In this document: positions 16,723-23,796 of the stretch, one piece after another
How the letters are laid out: the number at the start of each line of letters is the position of its first letter
Numbering within the stretch: position 1 is the first letter of the stretch
From: Candidatus Nanosynbacter lyticus
GTDB taxonomy: Bacteria > Patescibacteriota > Saccharimonadia > Saccharimonadales > Saccharimonadaceae
NCBI RefSeq assembly: GCF_000803625.1
Contig: NZ_CP007496.1
Span: 300,001 to 332,000 of the forward strand
DNA length: 32,000 bases
Reading direction: 5' to 3'
Notes under the pieces: model-generated
What the model was told of the DNA's origin: nothing
Seen by the model: only the letters and a program-made list of their open reading frames with translations
The model's database searches: none
Position numbers and translations under genes: made by a program

Positions 16723-17268
16723 CTAAGCTTTTTTAACCTGCAAGGCGTCCAGCTCGACTGGAGTGTCGCGGCCAAACATACTAACCATAACTTTCAGCGT
16801 GCCCTTAGAAGCATCGATTTCGCTAACTGCGCCGTCAAAGCCTTTGAACGGACCGTCAGTAATCGATACGATTTCGCCTTCGGCGAAGTCAATTTGATGC
16901 TTTGGCTCCTCAACACCCATGCGCTTTTTAATCTTGGCAATTTCCTTTTCTGAAACTGGCGTTGGTGTCGTGTCGGCGCCAACAAATCCGGTTACACCTG
17001 GGGTGTTGCGGATAATATACCAGGTTTCGTCAGTCAATTTCATTTCTACCAACACATAGCCCTGGAAAATCTTAGCCTCAACGATTTTTCGCTTGCCGTT
17101 ACGGATTTGGATCTGTTTTTCCTTTGGCACGATAACGTCAAAAATCTTATCGGCCATGTCAACACCGTTAATGCGCTGACGGATTGACTCAGCAACTTTT
17201 TCTTCGTAGCCAGAATAAGTGTGGATTGCGTACCATTGCTGGCTGTCATCGTATCGTTTTGAACTCAT
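16723..17268 (-). CDS. nusG: Transcription termination/antitermination factor NusG
   Basis: 181 aa. The NGN domain carries WYAIHTYSGYEEKV and the KOW motif is GEIVSITDGPFKGFDGAVSEID. Confidence 0.95.
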   Translation of the reverse strand: MSSKRYDDSQQWYAIHTYSGYEEKVAESIRQRINGVDMADKIFDVIVPKEKQIQIRNGKRKIVEAKIFQGYVLVEMKLTDETWYIIRNTPGVTGFVGADTTPTPVSEKEIAKIKKRMGVEEPKHQIDFAEGEIVSITDGPFKGFDGAVSEIDASKGTLKVMVSMFGRDTPVELDALQVKKA

Positions 17269-17280
17269 ATATAACTCCTT

Positions 17281-17610
17281 TTATTTCAAAAATTGATTAA
17301 AGCCCCAATTAAATGCAGCATCAAGTAGTAGGATTAGAACAACAAAAGCCAAGGTGAAGATGAGGACTGCTGCTGTCATCGCCCAAGTGGCTGAGCGGGT
17401 TGGCCAACGAACCAGCTTCAATTCTGCCCAAGCGCCCTTAAAATAACCAATTAGTGTGCCGCGTTCACTAGATTTTTTAGCTGTTTTTGCGACTACCTTG
17501 GTTGGCTTATTAGTCTTTTTTGTGACAGTTTTTTCTTTTTTTGGCGCGTCGTCAGTAGCTTTAATCCGACGAACTGTGATTTTGCTGCTTGCCTTGCCTT
17601 TCTGTGCCAT
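17281..17610 (-). CDS. secE: Preprotein translocase subunit SecE
   Basis: The ATG at 17610 has a GGGAGA RBS. The product has a Lys-rich N-terminus, then FKGAWAELKLVRWPT and a single TM helix. The ORF track extends to 17643. Confidence 0.85.
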   Translation of the reverse strand: MAQKGKASSKITVRRIKATDDAPKKEKTVTKKTNKPTKVVAKTAKKSSERGTLIGYFKGAWAELKLVRWPTRSATWAMTAAVLIFTLAFVVLILLLDAAFNWGFNQFLK

Positions 17611-17625
17611 ATTTTCTCCCAATTT

Positions 17626-17648
17626 AAAAAGTCTGCTTTTCACAGACT
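17626..17648 (-). terminator. Hairpin with U-run between the kinase gene and secE
   Basis: On the minus strand, AGTCTG pairs with CAGACT and is followed by TTTTT. It lies 16 nt upstream of the secE ATG. Confidence 0.55.
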
Positions 17649-17658
17649 GTCAATAGTT

Positions 17659-17687
17659 ATTGTAGTCTATCTAAGGAAAAATAGCAA
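17659..17687 (-). promoter_or_regulatory. Putative promoter for secE-nusG-rplK (TTGCTA, 17 nt, TACAAT)
   Basis: The reverse complement of 17682-17687 is TTGCTA and of 17659-17664 is TACAAT, with a 17-nt spacer. Confidence 0.4.
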
Positions 17688-17709
17688 GCTGCGCTATATA
17701 TCCTTTTCA

Positions 17710-18894
17710 TCATTTCTTAAACTCCTTCAATCTAAAACCAAAAGTTGAACCGTGATTCAGTCGGCTTTCTACCTCAATTTTACAGCCCAGCTTTTTGGCT
17801 AATTTGGCGGATACGTAAAGTCCCAGGCCAGTGCCCTTAGTTTCGCGCGTGCGATAATCTTCAGCTCGATAAAACTTATCAAATATTTTATTTAAGTCAG
17901 CCTTACTAATACCAATACCAGTGTCAATGATTTTAAAGATAATTTCGCCAGATCGATTCTTTTTAATTGACAGCGTAACTGAGCCTTCTTGGGTGTAGCG
18001 GATGGCGTTAGTAATAAAGTTCTGAAGTATTTCTTCTAGATATAAACGAGAAGCTTGGACTGACCCAAGCCGCCCACCAATGTCCAAATTAAAGGCCAAG
18101 TTTTTTTCTGCTGCCTGTGGCGAGTACTCAGAGTTTATCTGTGCGGCAAGTTCGGCTACGTCGATTATCTCTGTCTCGTCAGCAATTCCCCTTTCGGCGC
18201 GTGATAACGTACTCAGATCATTTACCATGCGCGCTAAAAATAAAATTTGCTTATGAGATTCGTCAATTGCCTCAGGTATTTTGCTAGTAATATTACGCTC
18301 GACAAGCAATTTAGCGTTACTTAGCGACCCTTCGGCTATGGCAATGGGTGTGCGTAGTTCGTGACTCACTATACTAATGAATTCATCGCGTTCCTCTTCC
18401 AGGCTTTTTGTTTTGGTGACGTCGCGTAAAATTAGCACATAGCCATCCGGAGTTATTTTATCGCCACCTTGAACTGGAGCAAGTGTTACTTCCAGCCGTA
18501 CGTAATCATCATCGTCAATCATCATAATTATGTCATCGCGCTGACGAATTGTTGAAGATTTAGTGAGCTCCTTGAAGATGTCAATTGGCTTTTTATCAAT
18601 CGTCTTCAGCTCTAAAACTTGGCTAATATGCTCGCCATTAATGCCGCTGTTTGTGTCGATTAAACTAAGAGCGGCAGAGTTATAAGTATTGATGATTCCG
18701 TGTTCATCGGTGCTGAGAATGGCATCAGTGATATTGTTAATTAGCGTGATTAGTCTTTGATGCTCTCTAAGGTTTTTCCTGGGGGTTTTTTTACTTAATT
18801 TGCCGTCAATTTTTTGTAACAATTGATGTAGGGCAATAGTTATACTTCCCAAGATAACACTAAGAATAATCAACAAAATAATGAACACCCACAT
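17710..18894 (-). CDS. Sensor histidine kinase (TM, PAS, HisKA, HATPase_c)
   Basis: 394 aa with an N-terminal TM helix and a PAS-like region. The H-box is SIVSHELRTPI, the N-box is NFITNAIRYT, and G-boxes include IDTGIGI and GTGLGL. Confidence 0.9.
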   Translation of the reverse strand: MWVFIILLIILSVILGSITIALHQLLQKIDGKLSKKTPRKNLREHQRLITLINNITDAILSTDEHGIINTYNSAALSLIDTNSGINGEHISQVLELKTIDKKPIDIFKELTKSSTIRQRDDIIMMIDDDDYVRLEVTLAPVQGGDKITPDGYVLILRDVTKTKSLEEERDEFISIVSHELRTPIAIAEGSLSNAKLLVERNITSKIPEAIDESHKQILFLARMVNDLSTLSRAERGIADETEIIDVAELAAQINSEYSPQAAEKNLAFNLDIGGRLGSVQASRLYLEEILQNFITNAIRYTQEGSVTLSIKKNRSGEIIFKIIDTGIGISKADLNKIFDKFYRAEDYRTRETKGTGLGLYVSAKLAKKLGCKIEVESRLNHGSTFGFRLKEFKK

Positions 18895-18924
18895 GGCTTA
18901 AGTATAGCATAAGCGTATATATTT

Positions 18925-19617
18925 CTATACGTGCGGTGAATATTTTTTTAGTTCATTGCGGTGGGTTTTATATTGCGGATCAAATTTGGCAACTTCCGAC
19001 CAGAATGCTGTCGAGTGGTTCATGTACCTGGTGTGACATAGTTCATGAATAATTATGTAGTCAATAAGTTCAAACGGTAAGTTCATCATCCCAATATTTA
19101 GGCTGATTGTTCCAGAAGAAGAACAGCTTCCCCAGCGGCTGGAGGCGTGAGTTATTTTACAGCGAGAAAAAGAAAAACCATGCTTTTCTGCTAGAAATGA
19201 TAGACGCCTTGGTAGGTGTCCTTTTGCCTCTTTCCTGAGGGCGATGAGGATTTTATCACGAATAATTTGCTGGACTGGAGCGGATTTAATTGATTCTGAT
19301 TCGTTAATTTCCGCTAATATTTGAGTACCGATAATTTTCACGTTAGACGACTTAGTTGTGGATTGTATTAACAGATGATGGCTTTTACCAATTTGCTGAT
19401 TTTCGGTATAAGAAAAGGTTGCTTGGTGTTTAGAAACTAATTCGCGAATCTGTTTACGCGAGGTTTTAATTAGCATTTTTGCTGCGACAACAGGCGCATA
19501 TACAGGCATAGTAACTCTAAGTCGGCCATCCGGCGCGATTTTTAGACTAACGCTCTTCGCTAGACTTTGTCTTTTAACGACAATCTCTCCGAACTCAGCA
19601 TCGGTAATGGTTGGCAT
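18925..19617 (-). CDS. YgjP-like (DUF45 / M48-related) zinc metallopeptidase-fold protein
   Basis: 230 aa with the C-terminal motif IIIHELCHTRYMNHSTAFWSEV (HExxH followed by NHS..FW). Confidence 0.75.
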   Translation of the reverse strand: MPTITDAEFGEIVVKRQSLAKSVSLKIAPDGRLRVTMPVYAPVVAAKMLIKTSRKQIRELVSKHQATFSYTENQQIGKSHHLLIQSTTKSSNVKIIGTQILAEINESESIKSAPVQQIIRDKILIALRKEAKGHLPRRLSFLAEKHGFSFSRCKITHASSRWGSCSSSGTISLNIGMMNLPFELIDYIIIHELCHTRYMNHSTAFWSEVAKFDPQYKTHRNELKKYSPHV

Positions 19618-19619
19618 GC

Positions 19620-20159
19620 TTATCCTATGCTAATGCGATTTGACATAACGCGACGTGGGGCTTCTGGGCGACTGGTGCCAATTTGCTTAAGGACAGTGCG
19701 CGCTTGAGTACTTAGGGTGTGGCGGCCGCTAATTACAATGTAAGATTCACTACTGTGTGGTGCGGAGAATTGTTTTAATCGACGATCGAACGATTCACTG
19801 TCTTGTCCGTAATTTTTTATCCAGCGTCGTTTGGCGGTTGCAGAATCAGTCTGCACCCAGACAAATAGGACTTTATATCCATATTCTCTAGCCAACCGAT
19901 TAATACGCATGCGGTTAGTGCGTTGGTCGGTAGCGCCGTCTAGAATGATAGTTTGCTTGGTCTTCAAAAATTCTTCTAAGATAGCCAAAGTCGCGTCAGA
20001 AATGGCTTTTGTGTCGTCTGTAAAAACTTCAAATTGACGAGAATTAATTACTGGAGAATTAAAAATTTTTGCAAATTCTGTAGCAAACTGAGTCTTCCCT
20101 GAACCCGGTGTGCCAACCATGGCAATAATGTGAGGAAGCGAAGGAGATAGAGGTTTCAT
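19620..20159 (-). CDS. P-loop NTPase / small kinase-like protein (AAA_33-like)
   Basis: 179 aa with Walker A MVGTPGSGKTQ and a Walker-B-like TIILDGA. It lies 2 nt upstream of the DUF45 gene. Confidence 0.65.
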   Translation of the reverse strand: MKPLSPSLPHIIAMVGTPGSGKTQFATEFAKIFNSPVINSRQFEVFTDDTKAISDATLAILEEFLKTKQTIILDGATDQRTNRMRINRLAREYGYKVLFVWVQTDSATAKRRWIKNYGQDSESFDRRLKQFSAPHSSESYIVISGRHTLSTQARTVLKQIGTSRPEAPRRVMSNRISIG

Positions 20160-20190
20160 ATGGAGAGATTATAACAGATTTTTTACTAAT

Positions 20191-20219
20191 AAAAAAGATT
20201 CTCTTTTAAGTGAGAATCT
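20191..20219 (-). terminator. Terminator directly after tRNA-Trp
   Basis: On the minus strand, AAGATTCTC pairs with GAGAATCTT and is followed by TTTTTT. Confidence 0.6.
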
Positions 20220-20296
20220 TGGCAGGAGTGGAGGGACTCGAACCCCCGACACCTGGTTTTGGAGACCAGTGCTCTAGCCACCTGAGCTACACTCCT
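20220..20296 (-). tRNA. tRNA-Trp (anticodon CCA), CCA end encoded
   Basis: Hand-folded cloverleaf of 77 nt. Acceptor AGGAGTG/CACTCCT, D arm GCTC/GAGC, anticodon stem CTGGT/ACCAG with loop CTCCAAA, and T loop TTCGAGT. Confidence 0.9.
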
Positions 20297-20412
20297 ATGA
20301 CGTTCATTTTATCATGAATTGCCCTTCTGGCAAATGTTAAAATTGTGAAAAATAAATATTTCGTGAAAAAAAATACCAAAATCTCTTGAAAAAACATAAA
20401 CGTCGTCCTACA

Positions 20413-21627
20413 ATGAAAACAGAGATGAAAATTTTAATGCTTGGGTGGGAACTTCCTCCGCACAACAGTGGCGGACTTGGCGTTGCCTGCTATCAGATGT
20501 CGAAAGCGCTCGTTTCAGAGGGTGTTGATATTGACTTTATTATTCCCTATACCGCCAAGCATCCCGAGATTGACTATATGGATGTATATTCAGCCACTCC
20601 TTTGCCGCCGAATTATCACGATTTGGGTGCATATAATAACGGCTCAGAGGAAGACCGTGAAAATGCCAAGGATGAATACGGTCTTTCCCCTATGCGCGCT
20701 GTGCAGAGGCGTTACGGTAAATACGTTCGGAAGTTTGTGAAAAATCATCAGCCTGACGCGATTCACGCACATGATTGGTTAACGATGGAAGCTGGAATAA
20801 TTGCTAAGGAGATGACTGGTGCGCCGCTAATTGTGCATGTTCACGCGACGGAATTTGACCGTTCTGGCGAGCAGTCCGGAAATCCTCTGGTTCACGAAAT
20901 TGAGCAACAAGGACTATTGATGGCGGATCGGATAATTGCCGTAAGCGAGATCACGAAAGAAATAATTGTTAAGAATTATCACATTCCGCCAGAGAAAATT
21001 GAGGTGGTTTATAACGCGATTGATTTGGCTGATTTGCCACCTCATGAATATGATGCCAGTACTTACAGGTATTTGGAGGAGTTGAAGGAGGATGGTTATA
21101 CGGTTGTTGGCGCGTTGACGCGACTCACGGTTCAGAAAGGTTTGACGTATTTTGTGCGAGCTGCAGCGAAGGCGCTTGATAAATATGAGAAAATCGTTTT
21201 TGTTTTATCTGGAAATGGTGAACAGAGAGATGAGTTGATTGAACTGGCGGCAGATTTAGGGATTAGCGATAAGATGATTTTTACAGGATTTGTGCGCGGA
21301 AAACAGTGGCGAGATATTTACTGTTTGATTGATGTTTTTGTGATGAGTTCGGTTTCTGAGCCATTTGGTTTGACTGCCTTGGAAGCAGCACATCATGACA
21401 CGGCGTTACTTATTAGTCGTCAATCCGGCGTCGGCGAGGTTCTGAATAATATTATGCGGTTTGATTATTGGGATGTAAATAAATTGGCGGATGAAATTGT
21501 TAATGTCGCTGAATCGCCTGCCTTACAGAAATCTCTGAAGAAAAACGTTAAGAATGAATACGCGAGAATTTCCTGGCAAGATGCCGCTAGAAAATGTCTG
21601 AAACTGTATAAAGGAGCGCTGGCATGA
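20413..21627 (+). CDS. Glycosyltransferase, GT4/GT5 glycogen-synthase-like
   Basis: KILMLGWELPPHNSGGLGVAC at the N-terminus and a C-terminal GT-B signature (SVSEPFGLTALEAA). The start is ambiguous: ATG at 20413 or 20425, with the track using a TTG at 20386. Confidence 0.8.
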   Translation: MKTEMKILMLGWELPPHNSGGLGVACYQMSKALVSEGVDIDFIIPYTAKHPEIDYMDVYSATPLPPNYHDLGAYNNGSEEDRENAKDEYGLSPMRAVQRRYGKYVRKFVKNHQPDAIHAHDWLTMEAGIIAKEMTGAPLIVHVHATEFDRSGEQSGNPLVHEIEQQGLLMADRIIAVSEITKEIIVKNYHIPPEKIEVVYNAIDLADLPPHEYDASTYRYLEELKEDGYTVVGALTRLTVQKGLTYFVRAAAKALDKYEKIVFVLSGNGEQRDELIELAADLGISDKMIFTGFVRGKQWRDIYCLIDVFVMSSVSEPFGLTALEAAHHDTALLISRQSGVGEVLNNIMRFDYWDVNKLADEIVNVAESPALQKSLKKNVKNEYARISWQDAARKCLKLYKGALA

Positions 21628-22826
21628 ATAAAAATAAAGGAATAGTTTTATATCTACACGTACACCAACCGTGGCGAATACGCGAGTATAGTATATTTGA
21701 CGTGGCTTGGAAGTATAACTATTTCTCTGGCGGTCAAAATCCAGATCAGGACAATCAAAAAATATTCCAAAAAGTTGCAGAAAAGTCGTATTTGCCGATG
21801 AATGCTTTGCTTGAAAAGTTGCTGAAAAAATATCCTGATTTTAAGATCTCGTTGAGTTTTAGTGGAACGTTTTTAGAGCAAGCCGAAAGGTTTAATCCTG
21901 AGGTTTTGGAAAGTTTTAAGCGCTTAGTAAAGACTGGTCAAGTAGAAATATTATCAAGTCCGTATCATCACAGTCTGGCGTTTTTCTATTCGCGCAAGGA
22001 ATTCGAGCGTCAAGTTGAGCTTCATCGCTGGAAGATTCGCGAGATTTTTGGTGCGGAAACACGAGTTTTAGCAAATACAGAGTTGGCGTATAGTGATGAC
22101 TTGGCGAAATGGGCTGAGCAGGATGGCTTTAAGGGTGTGTTGGCTGAAGGCTGGGATCCGATTCTGAATTGGCGCAGTCCGAATTATGTATATCGCCCGA
22201 GAGGCACGAAGAAAATTGGATTGCTACTTAAGAATTATCGATTGAGCGATGATTTGGCGTTTAGGTTTAGCGATCGAAAATGGAATGAATGGCCGCTGAC
22301 TGCGGATAAGTTTAATACGTGGGTGGAAGATTCTGTCCGTTACGCGCCACTGCTTAACTTGTTCATGGACTATGAAACTTTCGGCGAACATCAATGGGCG
22401 GAATCTGGGATTTTCGGCTTCTTTGAGAAGTTTGTTGATAAATGGCTGAGTGCTGATGGCAATACTTTCTATACCGTTAGCGAGGCACTGGATGCGAATG
22501 CGCCTGCCGGTGAAATAAGTATGCCGTCGCCTGTAACGTGGGCGGACGCTGAGCGGGATTTGACGGCTTGGAATGGAAACAGCCTGCAGAAAGAAGCTTT
22601 GCGATATGTCTATGAGCTCGAAGATGAGGTCTTGAATAGTAAAGACGAAGGTCTAATTAGCGATTGGCGAAAATTGCAAACTTCAGACCACTTCTATTAC
22701 ATGGGAACGAAGAATTTTACCGACGGCGATGTCCACGCTTATTTTAGTCCGTATGATTCGCCATACGACGCTTTTCTTTACTATATGAATACTATTCGTG
22801 ATATGAAATCTCGATTGAGGAAATAG
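21624..22826 (+). CDS. Glycoside hydrolase family 57 protein (alpha-glucan-active)
   Basis: GH57 conserved regions are present: LHVHQPWR, GQVEILSSPYHHSL, NTELAYS and MDYETFGEHQW. There is an ATGA overlap with the upstream GT gene. Confidence 0.8.
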   Translation: MNKNKGIVLYLHVHQPWRIREYSIFDVAWKYNYFSGGQNPDQDNQKIFQKVAEKSYLPMNALLEKLLKKYPDFKISLSFSGTFLEQAERFNPEVLESFKRLVKTGQVEILSSPYHHSLAFFYSRKEFERQVELHRWKIREIFGAETRVLANTELAYSDDLAKWAEQDGFKGVLAEGWDPILNWRSPNYVYRPRGTKKIGLLLKNYRLSDDLAFRFSDRKWNEWPLTADKFNTWVEDSVRYAPLLNLFMDYETFGEHQWAESGIFGFFEKFVDKWLSADGNTFYTVSEALDANAPAGEISMPSPVTWADAERDLTAWNGNSLQKEALRYVYELEDEVLNSKDEGLISDWRKLQTSDHFYYMGTKNFTDGDVHAYFSPYDSPYDAFLYYMNTIRDMKSRLRK

Positions 22827-22845
22827 TCAGACATTCTTGCTAAAT

Positions 22846-22876
22846 AAAAACTCCCTCTGAATGCGAGGGAGTTTCT
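22846..22876. terminator. Bidirectional terminator between the GH57 gene and rpmG
   Basis: AAACTCCCTC (22848-22857) pairs with GAGGGAGTTT (22865-22874). Confidence 0.75.
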
Positions 22877-22892
22877 GTATGATCCTGTTAAA

Positions 22893-23111
22893 TTAGCTTT
22901 TACGAGCTTTAACTTCGTTACGACCGAGGTTCTTCTTTGTCTCAGTATAGGTCGCGTGCTGCCTTGCAATTGGGTCATACTTCTTCAGTGTTAATTTTCC
23001 CTGACCTTTAGTGGTGCGGTTTTGGGTATTAACGGTAGTATAGTAAGTTCGGTGGTTGCTCAAGTTACTCACCAAACCAATCAGCTTTCGTTTCGTATTC
23101 TTCTTTGCCAT
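22893..23111 (-). CDS. rpmG: 50S ribosomal protein L33 (Cys-less form with a C-terminal extension)
   Basis: 72 aa: MAKKNTKRKLIGLVS...YYTTVN...KLTLKKYDP..RQHATYTETK. It has no zinc-binding Cys residues and about 14 extra basic residues at the C-terminus. Confidence 0.85.
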   Translation of the reverse strand: MAKKNTKRKLIGLVSNLSNHRTYYTTVNTQNRTTKGQGKLTLKKYDPIARQHATYTETKKNLGRNEVKARKS

Positions 23112-23158
23112 CTCTTTACTCGTTAGATTTTATAAAACGTCTTGGCTAATTATAGCAT

Positions 23159-23713
23159 GTGTGGAGTAAAAATGCTAGTACCATATCAGATTTTACTAAT
23201 TTTTATGCTTACTTCGCTAATCACCTAGTCAAGTATCAACCCGCGTACTTTATCGATTCTCTGTTCTATCGATCGTTTCGTCACAGTTCCCTCCTAACTT
23301 TGTTAAGACTGCGTTTTGGTAAAACTCTCTCTTCTTACGACTTTGCGAAAAAATTCAATGCTAAGAATGTTTTGATAGTTACTAATCACCCAGTAATTGC
23401 CAATTCATGGTTTGATGATTTTGAAAAGTTTATTGACGGGTATTATTTTATTTCGACGGCAGATTTTTTAAAAGAACGCGAAACTTTGTCTAGGGACGAA
23501 TTCCTTAATAAAGCTAATTCATCAAGTGAAGATGGGCAAACCTTCTTAAGTTTGCAGGATCTAAAAGGAGGTAGGGCTCTTGGCGGACCACACAATAAAT
23601 TAAAGTGGGCGGCGGATCTGAACTGAGATTTGTTGATTATAGATGAGTCTGGTAAGATGATCGAATTGGACGCAGAGAAAGTTTTGACTTATCATCACGA
23701 AGGAGGATGTTAA
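23159..23713 (+). pseudogene. Decayed SNF2/DEAD-like helicase gene fragment
   Basis: Motif I is degenerate (LRFGKTL) and motif Ia is NVLIVTNHPVIANSWFDDFEKF. An in-frame TGA at 23624-23626 splits ...KWAADLN*DLLIIDESG (DExx motif II). The frame ends 28 codons later, with no motifs III-VI. Confidence 0.65.
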
Positions 23714-23796
23714 CCGCTTTTGCGATAAGAAATAGCGAAAGTACGGTATACTTATAGTAAAGATATTTATAAGTTAATTTGCGGAAGGAAAATAAC

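Noticed and set aside
17611-17643. Upstream extension of secE (MKSRLFKLGEN...)
   Set aside because: It would start inside the terminator hairpin. The ATG at 17610 has a GGGAGA RBS and gives a typical SecE N-terminus.
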